Source of the DNA: a bacterium
GTDB taxonomy: Bacteria > Electryoneota > Electryoneia > Electryoneales > Electryoneaceae
Length of the DNA: 64,000 nt
Direction of reading: 5' to 3'
Assembly: GCA_963669175.1 (NCBI GenBank)
Contig: OY769902.1
Coordinates: forward strand, 800,001 to 864,000
In this document: positions 30,653 through 41,940 of the stretch, piece by piece
How positions within the stretch are numbered: position 1 is the first letter of the stretch
How the letters are laid out: every line of letters starts with the position of its first letter
Translations under genes and position numbers: made by a program
Notes under the pieces: generated by a model
What the model was told of the DNA's origin: nothing
What the model saw: the letters and a program-made list of their open reading frames with translations, nothing else
Databases searched by the model: none

Positions 30653-31501
30653 CTAAAACCAGAAGCCGAACCCATACCTGCCGCCGACCGGACGGTAATT
30701 CTCCGGGAAATCATCGTGCAGGCCATAGCCGACAAAGACCCGCATACCCCCACGTTCGCCATGAACAACCAGCGCCAGCCTCAGTTCTCCTCGATCGTAC
30801 GTATCTTCCGCTTCGCTCGGTCCCAGCCAGAGACGTCGCCAGTCCAGCCAGCCTTCTACCAGCAGACGTTTGTATAGCGGCTTTGTCACCACAACAAAGA
30901 AGCTCGTATCCCATTGCCAGGCGGGCATGTTGCCCAATAACTGGTTGGGACCGCCATGGATGTATGGTCCCCCGGCAAGGAAACCGTCAACCTGCATCTT
31001 CCCGGTCTGGTAGGCTCGCAATCCCGGCAACGCATCCTCGGCAGGGCTGATGGTGCCGACACCGATACGGGAACGTGTGGTCCAATGGGCATGATCACGG
31101 TGTTTGTCGATCAGGTGGAAGCAGACACGTTCCAGGTGAACAAACACCAGCCGTTTCGGTTGCCATCCCCACCGCCACGACAAAACCTGGTAGGAATCGA
31201 CAAATTGCGGATCAAACGGGGTTACGCTTGAACCGGCCGTGTAACGTGCCGCCAAACGATACCGCACTCCGAACCAGAGACGGTGTCCATACCCGCGTCC
31301 GAATTCCATCAGTGTTTCCGAGCCAAAATCGTAATTGGTAACCGTATCCTTGCCCATGTGTACCCAGGCCCAGCCTGAACCATGCGGCTCCAAAGGCCAG
31401 CTCCAGCTCCGTTCACCGGCCGGGTCCAGATCCTGCGACCAGCTACTGGAAACAACCAGCCCTGTTACTAACACCATGAAGAGCCGTCTGGCCCATCTCA
31501 T
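30653..31501 (-). CDS. Hypothetical outer-membrane beta-barrel protein
   Basis: GGAGG RBS before ATG 31501, signal peptide, aromatic-rich alternating strands, C-terminal YGFGFWF. Confidence 0.6.
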   Translation of the reverse strand: MRWARRLFMVLVTGLVVSSSWSQDLDPAGERSWSWPLEPHGSGWAWVHMGKDTVTNYDFGSETLMEFGRGYGHRLWFGVRYRLAARYTAGSSVTPFDPQFVDSYQVLSWRWGWQPKRLVFVHLERVCFHLIDKHRDHAHWTTRSRIGVGTISPAEDALPGLRAYQTGKMQVDGFLAGGPYIHGGPNQLLGNMPAWQWDTSFFVVVTKPLYKRLLVEGWLDWRRLWLGPSEAEDTYDRGELRLALVVHGERGGMRVFVGYGLHDDFPENYRPVGGRYGFGFWF

Positions 31502-31590
31502 GTATTGTCCCTCCCGGTGAGCTTGCGTCCGATTCAATTACATCCTAATGTACATGCGAAACATGGGCAAAACGAAGCTTGGATGTATAG

Positions 31591-32136
31591 ATGATCAATT
31601 TTGACGAAACCTACATGCGCAAAGCGCTGGTGATGGCGCGGGAAGCGTTTGTCGCCGGTGAGGTGCCGATTGGCGCGGTGGCGGTGTGTGAAGGGGTTGT
31701 GCTGGGACGTGGACGCAACCGTACCGAAAGCCTGCACGACCCGACCGCCCATGCGGAGATGGAAGCGATTACCGCTGCAACGAATGCGCTGGGCGATAAG
31801 CGTCTCGAAGGAGTCACGCTCTATGTCACCCTCGAGCCCTGCACCATGTGCGCCGGGGCGTTGGTGCTGGCACGTGTCGATCGTGTGGTGTACGGCGCGG
31901 CAGACCCGAAAGCCGGAGCCTGTGGTTCCCTGGCGCGTGTGCACGATGATCCACGCCTGAACCATCAATTCCAGGTGACCTCGGGAGTGCTGGAAGAAGA
32001 ATGCTCCGCGATGTTGAAAGTCTTTTTCAAACAGCTCCGTCAGCGTCAGAAAGAACAAGCCTCTTCGCGGGATCAGGAGCCTGGGCAAAACCTACAAGGT
32101 TTCGGGCAGCATTCACAGGATAAACAGGATGATTAG
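31591..32136 (+). CDS. tadA: tRNA adenosine(34) deaminase
   Basis: EVPIGAV, DPTAHAE, TLEPCTMCAGA, DPKAGACGS, LNH. Confidence 0.93.
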   Translation: MINFDETYMRKALVMAREAFVAGEVPIGAVAVCEGVVLGRGRNRTESLHDPTAHAEMEAITAATNALGDKRLEGVTLYVTLEPCTMCAGALVLARVDRVVYGAADPKAGACGSLARVHDDPRLNHQFQVTSGVLEEECSAMLKVFFKQLRQRQKEQASSRDQEPGQNLQGFGQHSQDKQDD

Positions 32137-32272
32137 GATGGCAAGGATAAACACGCTTATTTAATTGATTTTACAAAGATTAAAAAACAGAATTAGTTCT
32201 TTGCTTTGCGCCTTTGTTGCCTGCCCCCGAATGCTTCTGTCGGGGGCTTTGCGTGAAACAATCAGTATTTTG

Positions 32273-32749
32273 CTAGACCGGATATTTCACCAATGCAATT
32301 TCAAGTATGGTATTTGATGGAATAGCCAGTACAAGAACCACGGCAGTGGTTACCTGAATTAGCCCACCGTCCAGCGCCGTCTGTTTGGCGCTCACGGTGG
32401 GAATAGGATGTACGCTACTTGCCAACCCCGGCAGCGGGTTGCCTAAACATTACCACTGTATGCTTATGATAATTATTAGGTTACTCCTTCCGGAGTAAAT
32501 ATGTGTGCGCATTATCTCCCCGGGTAGCCGCCAAACTGACGGCGGCTGCCCGGGGCTAATACAGGTTGCCCCTGCCGGGGCTGTTGCCGATTCTCAGCCT
32601 CATTTTGCCCACGAAACAGGGAATAGGCACGCAAAGGGATGCCGAGCAAACTGTACCCTGAAAAATGCTGTATGAATCAGTTGTATTGTGCTGATATGAA
32701 CTGTGTTAAGATGCTTATCCATTCTTCGTTCGTGAAATATCCGGGCTAG
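32273..32749. mobile_element. MITE family D, copy 1 (477 bp, TA-flanked, internal REP-like hairpins)
   Basis: TIR CTAGACCGGATATTTCAC / GTGAAATATCCGGGCTAG; whole element repeated in inverted orientation at 47908-48385. Confidence 0.85.
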
Positions 32750-32798
32750 ACCCTGTACTCCAATCGGTTCTCCATCAACACTCCACCACACCAGTACC

Positions 32799-32955
32799 GT
32801 GCAAACCTGCACCATGTTTAGTATTTGCCGTGCGAATCCGCACGTTGGTGCGAAATCGCACGGTTATTCCTTGTCTGAGATACACATTTATCTTCAAGAA
32901 AATCAATTGGTAAAAATCATCTTCCCCCGGAGAACCCATTTGGCACAAAGCTTGT
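32799..32955 (+). promoter_or_regulatory. Three GTGC-N6-GCAC palindromes, IHF-like site and near-consensus sigma54 promoter
   Basis: Palindromes at 32799, 32830, 32848; AATCAATTGGTAA near 32901; TGGCACAAAGCTTGT at 32941-32955 (GT instead of GC at -12). Confidence 0.6.
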
Positions 32956-33146
32956 TTTAGGGGAAGTCGAATTCGGTTCCGCACAACATGCGTTCCTCCC
33001 TTGAACCGGATTCCAGCCGGGTAACTGACTTCCTCTGGCAGTTTCCTGGTTGTCATTCACATAAAACCCACCTGAAGCCGACCCCCGGTCCGACGTTGCC
33101 GCCGTCGGGCCGGGTGGGTTAGGAAATTCCGTATCCGCAGGAGGAT

Positions 33147-33761
33147 GTGATGGACGCAGTAACCATAAGTAACGAGAATGGTGTGAAAGAAATTGTCACC
33201 CGTGACGGGATGAAGCTTACGGTCCGCCCCATAGAGGAAAAGGATCTCACGATCCTGAGGCGTTTTTACGAGAATACGACCGAACGTGGTTTGGCCATGA
33301 TGCGCGCCAACCTGCTGGATGATTTTTTCGAAAACCGTTACCGCAGGCTGATTGAGCAGCAGGATATCACCTTATTGTCGGCATGGTTCGGACGTTCGCT
33401 GGCGGGGGTGGTTCTGCTTGACCGTGGACGCTACACCTGGACTCGTCACGTCGCCAATATTCGTTGTTACACTCATCCTGATTTTCAACATCACGGCATC
33501 GCTACTATCCTGCTGCGTGAAGCGTTTGAAAACGCAGACCTCCATGGGTACGAAAAGCTGTATTGCTATCTCGTGAGCGAACAGAAAAATGCTATCCGCA
33601 TCACCGAAAAGTTCGGATTTACCCTGGAAGCGGTGCTCCACAACCACGCCAAGGACCGGTATGGTCGCTACCACGAAATGCTGATGTATTCCGTTGACCT
33701 GGGAGAAGCACATCGCAGGATGGATCAGATGCTGGAAAGCTATATCCCATACGGGGGATAA
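33147..33761 (+). CDS. GNAT family N-acetyltransferase
   Basis: THPDFQHHGIATILL acetyl-CoA motif A, NAIRITEKFGF; GGAGG RBS. Confidence 0.85.
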   Translation: MMDAVTISNENGVKEIVTRDGMKLTVRPIEEKDLTILRRFYENTTERGLAMMRANLLDDFFENRYRRLIEQQDITLLSAWFGRSLAGVVLLDRGRYTWTRHVANIRCYTHPDFQHHGIATILLREAFENADLHGYEKLYCYLVSEQKNAIRITEKFGFTLEAVLHNHAKDRYGRYHEMLMYSVDLGEAHRRMDQMLESYIPYGG

Positions 33762-33826
33762 AGGAAAGATACGTCACAGAGCCACAGCAGGCTTTCGTAA
33801 AAGCACATACACGTTTTGGGGGAGTT

Positions 33827-34465
33827 ATGGTACAGCAGAAAGCAACCAACATTACCTGGCATGAAGGACATGTCGATCGTGCCGCTCGCGGTGAATTGCT
33901 TGGACAGAAAGGGTGTACGATCTGGTTGACTGGGTTGCCGTCATCAGGAAAAAGCACGACCGCGTTTACGCTGGAACATGAACTGGTCAAACAAGGCAGG
34001 CTGGCCTATGTTCTGGATGGCGACAATATTCGCTTTGGTTTGAATCGCAATCTCGGTTTCTCTCCTGAAGATCGTGCAGAAAACATACGCCGTATCGGTG
34101 AAGTTGCCCGTCTCTTTGCTGACACGGGTGTTGTTGCCATTACAAGTTTCATCTCGCCATACGTGGAAGATCGTGAGCTGGTAAAGCTTCGTCACGCCGA
34201 AGCGGACCTGCCTTTTATTGAAATCTTCATTGACGCGCCTTTGGAAGTATGCGAAGAGCGTGATCCCAAGGGATTGTTTAAGAAAGCGCGTGCGGGCCAA
34301 CTAAAGGGATTTACCGGTATTGATGCACCTTATGAAGCGCCACCCGAACCCGACCTTGTACTGAACACAGCCGATCTGACTCCGGGTCAGACAGCAGAAC
34401 TGATCATTGACTACCTGCGGTCACGCGCGTTGCTGCCGTTAGTCCCAGATCCCTCGTTTGCCTGA
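33827..34465 (+). CDS. cysC: Adenylyl-sulfate kinase
   Basis: WLTGLPSSGKST, LDGDNIRFGLNRNLGFS, RDPKGLFKKARAG, FTGIDAPYE. Confidence 0.95.
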   Translation: MVQQKATNITWHEGHVDRAARGELLGQKGCTIWLTGLPSSGKSTTAFTLEHELVKQGRLAYVLDGDNIRFGLNRNLGFSPEDRAENIRRIGEVARLFADTGVVAITSFISPYVEDRELVKLRHAEADLPFIEIFIDAPLEVCEERDPKGLFKKARAGQLKGFTGIDAPYEAPPEPDLVLNTADLTPGQTAELIIDYLRSRALLPLVPDPSFA

Positions 34466-36164
34466 AACGGGACCGCAGGTGAAAACAGTCACACTCCGAA
34501 CAGGACACATCATGCGCTGGCAAATTGTCAGTGTGCTGCTAGCGGTATCTCTGCTTCCGGTGGTCATCATGGGCGCCGGATCATGGATCGTCTTTGGCGG
34601 TTTGCTGGAATCGAAAGCGTTGCAGCTTCAGCATTCCGTAGTACAGGCGCACGCCCAGGCGGTGGACGGTTTCCTGCGCGAACAGGTTGACCTGTTGCGT
34701 CTGATGGCCCAGACTCACCCCCGCGATGAGCTGGTCCGTCATGCGTTGCTGCAGGATCTGTTCATTGCCCTGGACCAGGTTTCCAGCGGATCGTTTGTTG
34801 ACCTGGGGGTGATTGACCACAATGGAAACCACCTGGCCTATACCGGCCCCTATGACTTGCTGAACGCCAATTACCGGGACCAGGAATGGTTTCGTGAGGT
34901 AATGGAACAGGGTGAATATGTCAGCGATGTTTTCCCCGGTTTCCGTAATGTGCCGCACTGCATCATCGCGGTAAAGGTGACTAACGGTGGTCAGCCCTGG
35001 ATTTTGCGGTCCACGATCAACAGCGACAAGTTCGACGCATTGGTCCGTACCGTGGCGCTGGGTGAATCCGGTGAGGTCTGGCTGGTGGATCGTGAAGGGC
35101 ATTTCCAGAGCGAAACCCCCAGCGGAAATGTGCTGGATGTGGCCCCGTTGCCCGACCTTACGCCTCACCCGGGTGTAGCGGACAGCAGGTTGAAGATAGA
35201 TGAGCGCGAGATGGCGCTGGTGACCACATGGATAAATGATGGTCGCTGGATGCTGGCAGCGTTGCAGGATGCCGCGGAAGTGCGCGAGCCTTTGCGCAAA
35301 GCGTTGTGGAATGGCGCGCTGGTCGTTTCGGTATGTGTGCTGCTGATAATCGTGACCACCATTTTTGCCACATGGCGTCTGACCAATCGCATTGACCGCG
35401 CCAACAGCGAACGTGAAGACATGCAGCGCGCGTTTATCCGTTCCGCAAAATTGGCCTCTGTCGGGGAGTTGGCAACCGGGTTGGCGCATGAAATCAACAA
35501 TCCGCTTGCTATCATCAGCGCTGAACAGACCAACATTGCTGACCTGATTGACCTGAATTGCAAAGCGGATCCCTGGTGCGAAGAGATTATCCAATCAGTA
35601 CAACGGATAAAGAAGCAGGTCAAACGGTGTGCCGGGATCACCAGCCGTATGCTTCAATTCGGACGCAACACCATATCAACACCTCAACCGTCAAATCTCC
35701 ATGCGAAGCTCACCGAAATCCAGGATATGATGCAACGTCAGGCAGATGTCCGCAACATTGCGCTGGACCTGGATATTAGGGGCTCGCTTCCTGAAGTGAT
35801 GATTGATCCTCTTGAGCTTGAGCAGGTGATGTTGAACCTGCTGACCAACGCTTTTCATGCCATGCCGGATGGCGGCAAGATCACGCTTTCCGCTGAAATT
35901 CAGGATCGCTTTGTCTGTTTGGATGTGGCTGATACCGGACGTGGCATGCCGCCGGAAGTCGCTGAACGCATTTTTGAGCCGTTTTTCACGACAAAACCTG
36001 TAGGTGAAGGGACCGGACTGGGTTTATCGGTTTGTTACGGTATTGTCCAGAGCTGGGGGGGTACGATTCGCGTGGACTCCCAGGAAGGGCAAGGAACTAC
36101 CATGAAACTCTTCCTGCCGGTTGTGCAGGAACAACCCGCGACGATCGCAGGAGGTGTCCAATGA
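34458..36164 (+). CDS. Cache-domain membrane sensor histidine kinase (alternative start 34512)
   Basis: Two TMs flanking YTGPYDLLNANYRDQEWF...SDVFPGFRNVPH; AHEINNPL; GTGLGL. Confidence 0.9.
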   Translation: MPETGPQVKTVTLRTGHIMRWQIVSVLLAVSLLPVVIMGAGSWIVFGGLLESKALQLQHSVVQAHAQAVDGFLREQVDLLRLMAQTHPRDELVRHALLQDLFIALDQVSSGSFVDLGVIDHNGNHLAYTGPYDLLNANYRDQEWFREVMEQGEYVSDVFPGFRNVPHCIIAVKVTNGGQPWILRSTINSDKFDALVRTVALGESGEVWLVDREGHFQSETPSGNVLDVAPLPDLTPHPGVADSRLKIDEREMALVTTWINDGRWMLAALQDAAEVREPLRKALWNGALVVSVCVLLIIVTTIFATWRLTNRIDRANSEREDMQRAFIRSAKLASVGELATGLAHEINNPLAIISAEQTNIADLIDLNCKADPWCEEIIQSVQRIKKQVKRCAGITSRMLQFGRNTISTPQPSNLHAKLTEIQDMMQRQADVRNIALDLDIRGSLPEVMIDPLELEQVMLNLLTNAFHAMPDGGKITLSAEIQDRFVCLDVADTGRGMPPEVAERIFEPFFTTKPVGEGTGLGLSVCYGIVQSWGGTIRVDSQEGQGTTMKLFLPVVQEQPATIAGGVQ

Positions 36165-37018
36165 CCGAACATACACACTCCATTCATGTCCTTATGGTAG
36201 ACGATGAGGTTGAATTCACGGTTGCCACCTCACGTCTGCTCGAACGCCGGGGCTTCAGTGTCACTGTAGTCCATTCCGGTGAAGAAGCCTTGGCTATTCT
36301 GCCGGAAATCCAACCGGAGGTTGTCCTGTTGGACATCCGTATGCCCGGAATGGATGGCGAAGAGGCGTTTGATCAAATTCAGCAGCAACGTCCCAACCTG
36401 CCCATTATCGTGCTTACCGGACATGGCGCTATCCCGCAGGCGTTTCGCATGTCAAAGGGCGGCGTGTTTGACTACCTGGGCAAACCCTGTGAAATCGAAG
36501 AGTTAATGGAAAAACTAACGGCAGCGGTAAATCGAGATGTGAACGCTACCGCTGAACCACGCCCCGAACCGCCCGAGTTTGCCGGGGAAGCGCCAAGTGT
36601 GCTGCTGGTGGATGATGAAGAGGAACTGCTTGATTCGCTGAAAACTGTGCTTCAACGCCGCAGGATGGAAGTGTATGTGGCGCGCCATGGCAGCGAAGCG
36701 CTGGACATGCTGAATGACACTTGGATCGATGTCGTGGTGCTTGATATCAAAATGCCGGGCATCAGCGGCCTGGAAGTATTAAAGCGCATCAAAGCCATCC
36801 GTCCGGATGTGGAAATCCTCCTCTTAACCGGACATCCCAACATCGGCAACGCCATGGAAGGCATCAAGTTTGGCGCATTGGAATACCTGGTCAAACCGCC
36901 GGATATGGATGCGCTGATCCGTGCCATAAATCGTGCCTTCAAACAACGCAAGGAGACGTTCGAAAAACGTCAACAGGAAACCATTCGTGACGTCCTGGAT
37001 CGTGGACCGGTAGACTGA
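36161..37018 (+). CDS. Tandem receiver (REC-REC) response regulator
   Basis: Two REC domains (LLDIRMPG, VLDIKMPG); GGAGG RBS before ATG 36161. Confidence 0.88.
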   Translation: MTEHTHSIHVLMVDDEVEFTVATSRLLERRGFSVTVVHSGEEALAILPEIQPEVVLLDIRMPGMDGEEAFDQIQQQRPNLPIIVLTGHGAIPQAFRMSKGGVFDYLGKPCEIEELMEKLTAAVNRDVNATAEPRPEPPEFAGEAPSVLLVDDEEELLDSLKTVLQRRRMEVYVARHGSEALDMLNDTWIDVVVLDIKMPGISGLEVLKRIKAIRPDVEILLLTGHPNIGNAMEGIKFGALEYLVKPPDMDALIRAINRAFKQRKETFEKRQQETIRDVLDRGPVD

Positions 37019-37054
37019 ATTCACACCATTTCCTGCACAGAAAGGAATACGCAG

Positions 37055-38902
37055 ATGGCGCCACCGAAGAAGGCCAAAGCTTCCGCGTATGACAAGTACA
37101 TCAACTACAAGAGGTTTGCCATTGCGCTTGGCGCTTTTATCCTCATGTTGTTGATCCCGATTCCCGCCAGTATGCGGGATGTGGCAGTCGAGTATACCAT
37201 GGGCAAACCCTATGTGCTCGAATATTACAGCCAGGAAGTGTTCGGGATTGGATTCGATGATGCCGAACAGTGGCAGGCTCTTTCCGCACGTGCGCTGGAA
37301 GCCTGTATGCGGCAGGGAGCGTTGAGTAAAAAGCAGGTGCTGAAGCGAAATCAGAAAACGCTTGGCAAGCTCGGTGTTGAGATGGGAGATAACCATTTCA
37401 AACTGTACACGGCCTTCATTGAGAACTATGATGAACAAGCGTTGCTTGCGTTGAATCGCGGAGCCATGTCACTACGTCACGACAAGCTTACCTACGAATC
37501 ACTGCCGGAGAAACAGCGCGCCAAGGTGGACAAAGCGGCGGTGCATATTCGTGTCTGCCTGGCCATGGTCGCGTTTGTAGTAATCTGTTTCGTTACGGAA
37601 GCGATGCCATTGCCGGGGGTGGCTTTCTGTATCGGATTGATCCTTGTGTTCAGTGGGATAGTGGGACGTGAAGAGGTGGCCGCGTTATTCTGGTCCGATG
37701 CCTGCTGGTTCATCATGGGTTCGCTCATGTTCGCCGCAGCGTTTGTGAAAACCGGGGTGGATAAACGTATCTGCCTGATAGTGTTCCGGGTGTTGGCCAA
37801 ACCCAGTGTAAAATGGGTCACGGCGATGATGATCCTGGTGATCAGCCCGGCGGCGGCTTTTATCAGCGATCATGCCCTCGCTGCGATTTTCCTGCCGATT
37901 GCGCTCATCCTGTATCACAACAGCCTTTCTTCGGAAAATCCCGAGGACAGTGAACTGGCTAAAATGTTGATGATCACCATCGCCATGGCCTGCAATATCG
38001 GTGGATTCGGATCACCGTCCGGTGGCGCGCGTAACGTGATCATGATGACTTACATGGAAGACATGTTCGGTTACTCCATGGGCTACGGACAATGGATTGT
38101 GTATGGCTTCCCCTTTGTCATCATCATGATGCCAATTCTCTGGATGGCGGTGAACCTTCGTTTCAAGCCGAAAATCAAAAACCTCGCTCCGGCCATGACT
38201 GCTTTAAAAGCAGATATCGGTCGCATGGGCGGTTGGAAACGCAACCAGATTATCGCAGTAGTTATTTTCCTGATCATGCTTCTCGGCTGGATCACGGAAA
38301 AGAATATCCTGAAAGATATGATCGGCGTGCGGCTGGGGATCGGAGTTATCGCCGTTGCCGGCGCCATTGCCTATTTGCTTACAGGAGTTGTCAACTGGCG
38401 CGACTACCAGGAAAAAGTGGATTGGGGTGTGGTCTGGCTGTATGCCGGTGCGATCATATTCGGACGAGTGCTGGATGAAACCGGGACAGCCTACTGGATG
38501 GCGCGTTCCATTGTGGATGGTCTTGCTACTATCGGCCTGAAGTCCGGATTGGCGTTACTGGGGGCTGGAAGCGCAGTTACCGCAGGTATGACCAACTTGA
38601 TGGCGGATGGTCCGGCTGCAGCGGCTGTTGGGCCGATTACGCTGAATATGGCGGCCGTTTCCAACCCGGGGACAACGCTGGTGCCGTTTATGGGATTGGC
38701 AACAGCAGCGGCCTCGTCATTCGCTTATCTGCTGGTTATCGGTACGCCGCCCAACGCGATTGTGTATGCCAGCGGGTATCTTGAAGCGAAGGATTTCCTG
38801 CGTGTCGGGATTATTTGCCTGGTTTGCGCCTTTGTCGTGCTTCTCCTGTTGAGTATGTTATACTGGCCATTGGTAGGATTTGGCGGGTTGCCTGCGGTTT
38901 GA
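37055..38902 (+). CDS. SLC13/DASS anion:sodium symporter
   Basis: Many TMs; FISDH, NIGGFGSPSGGARN, VDWGV, IGTPPNAI motifs. Confidence 0.9.
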   Translation: MAPPKKAKASAYDKYINYKRFAIALGAFILMLLIPIPASMRDVAVEYTMGKPYVLEYYSQEVFGIGFDDAEQWQALSARALEACMRQGALSKKQVLKRNQKTLGKLGVEMGDNHFKLYTAFIENYDEQALLALNRGAMSLRHDKLTYESLPEKQRAKVDKAAVHIRVCLAMVAFVVICFVTEAMPLPGVAFCIGLILVFSGIVGREEVAALFWSDACWFIMGSLMFAAAFVKTGVDKRICLIVFRVLAKPSVKWVTAMMILVISPAAAFISDHALAAIFLPIALILYHNSLSSENPEDSELAKMLMITIAMACNIGGFGSPSGGARNVIMMTYMEDMFGYSMGYGQWIVYGFPFVIIMMPILWMAVNLRFKPKIKNLAPAMTALKADIGRMGGWKRNQIIAVVIFLIMLLGWITEKNILKDMIGVRLGIGVIAVAGAIAYLLTGVVNWRDYQEKVDWGVVWLYAGAIIFGRVLDETGTAYWMARSIVDGLATIGLKSGLALLGAGSAVTAGMTNLMADGPAAAAVGPITLNMAAVSNPGTTLVPFMGLATAAASSFAYLLVIGTPPNAIVYASGYLEAKDFLRVGIICLVCAFVVLLLLSMLYWPLVGFGGLPAV

Positions 38903-38920
38903 CCGGAAAGGAGATCATCC

Positions 38921-39811
38921 ATGCAGAACGATGAAAGCAAAAAGAACTACACCATTCTCCTGGTGGACGACGAGGATGACTTCCGGCAATCGGCAGCCCA
39001 GGCTCTGCAACGGCGAGGGTTTACGGTTCAGGAAGCTCCGGATGGTATAAAGGGGTTGGAAGAGATAGAGCGCCGGGCGCCGGATATTGTCGTGCTGGAC
39101 CTGAAAATGCCTGGCCCCGGCGGCATCGAAACATTGCAGAAAATTCGCAAAATTGCGCCGCGCTTGCCGGTAATCATCCTGACCGGACACGGCAGTTTCA
39201 GCGACGCCGTAGCCGGAATCGAACTGGAGATCACCGAATTCCTACAGAAGCCGGTGGATGTAGGCAAGCTGGGCGAGCATATACGGGATATCCTGAGGCA
39301 GCCGTTCCAACAGCGTGTTATCCAGGAAAAGACCATACAGGAATTGATGGTTGAGCCATCCCTGTATCCCAGCGTCAAGGAAGATAATTCCGTGGTTGAA
39401 GCGTTTCATGCCTTCAACAGCCTGTTTTCGAATCATGATGATGAAACATCACCACGTTTGCGGTCCGCACTGGTGACCGACGAGGCAGGCCGTTTTAAGG
39501 GTATGCTCCGGTTCCATGACCTGCTGCAGGTGATTCTGCCGCCATTCCTGGAAGATTCGCCCTGGACCAGCTATTTCACCGGAATGTTTCTGGCCCAGTG
39601 TAAGTTGATCGGCAACCGTAAAGTGAGAGACCTGCTGGACGATACGGTGAGTGTGTCGGTGGATGCGCCGTTGATGGAAGCGGTTCACCTGATGGCTGCG
39701 AACCATGTTGTCAATCTGCCGGTGATGAAAGGCGATGAGCTGGTCGGTATCCTGCGGGAACGTAGTGTGATACAGGAAATTCTGGCCTGCTTGCCAAAAC
39801 ATATGGGGTAA
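38921..39811 (+). CDS. Response regulator with CBS domain pair
   Basis: N-terminal REC; C-terminal CBS (LMEAVHLM...LPVMKGDELVGIL). Confidence 0.85.
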   Translation: MQNDESKKNYTILLVDDEDDFRQSAAQALQRRGFTVQEAPDGIKGLEEIERRAPDIVVLDLKMPGPGGIETLQKIRKIAPRLPVIILTGHGSFSDAVAGIELEITEFLQKPVDVGKLGEHIRDILRQPFQQRVIQEKTIQELMVEPSLYPSVKEDNSVVEAFHAFNSLFSNHDDETSPRLRSALVTDEAGRFKGMLRFHDLLQVILPPFLEDSPWTSYFTGMFLAQCKLIGNRKVRDLLDDTVSVSVDAPLMEAVHLMAANHVVNLPVMKGDELVGILRERSVIQEILACLPKHMG

Positions 39812-39842
39812 CCTTCTTGCTTCCCCCAGTAGTACGACCCGG

Positions 39843-39891
39843 CCCCCGGGATGTGGATTCCCCCAGAGATCCGCACCCGGGGACTTTTTTG
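39843..39891 (+). terminator. Intrinsic terminator of the cysC/DASS operon
   Basis: CCCCGGGATGTGGAT...ATCCGCACCCGGGG followed by a T-run. Confidence 0.75.
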
Positions 39892-39900
39892 TTTCACGCA

Positions 39901-39954
39901 AAGACCTGACGAAACGTGCTCGTCGATAATATGCACAAATTCTTGTGAGCAGCC
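39901..39954 (-). repeat. MITE family A left-end fragment
   Basis: Reverse complement closely matches 62119-62172. Confidence 0.75.
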
Positions 39955-40026
39955 CCCATTATTAATCCGCCATATGGTCTTGTTCCATATCAGTGAAAGA
40001 TCAACGATATAGTTGTAACAAAGGAG

Positions 40027-40156
40027 ATGGAAAAAGGGGACAGTTTCCTTTTCCATGAATACTTCAGGAATATTCTGCATAAGCGCGAGGAAAAGGATCC
40101 CGTCCCCTTTTCCCGGCAATCTCCATTATGACGGAATAAAATCGAGAACAGCTATA
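40027..40156 (+). repeat. Repeat B, uninterrupted copy (empty IS110 target site)
   Basis: Near-identical to 44455-44574 joined to 45947-45956; long GGAAAAAGGGGAC / GTCCCCTTTTCC hairpin; ends ATCG-AG-AACAGCTATA. Confidence 0.85.
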
Positions 40157-40526
40157 CAAGTAAAAAGGTACAGCTTCGAAATTATTTGCAAAAAAATTGG
40201 GGATGGTGACAAGGTTTACGATAAACCCTGGCTTCTAACACAAAACTTTTACGCAATCCCGACTTGCTCACTGTCAGTGTCACAGGGCGACGATTGACCA
40301 GCGTTGTCAGTATTTCGAGAGTGTTTACTGAACACCCGGCAAATCGGGCCATACACTCCCAAAAAACTGCAGGAATCGTACAGGGTTACCCAAGCTATTA
40401 GCCTCAATATCCTTAGTATCCTTCCCATCCTGTAAATTCAACAACAATTAGCATATAAATAAAATCATCCTTGATATCCTTTTATCCTATCATCCTGTGA
40501 GACATGTTTTCAGCAAGAGCATCCTG

Positions 40527-41939
<1,413 letters not shown>

Positions 41940-41940
41940 C

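Noticed and set aside
34581-35594. 337-aa minus-strand ORF
   Set aside because: Antisense shadow of the Cache histidine kinase
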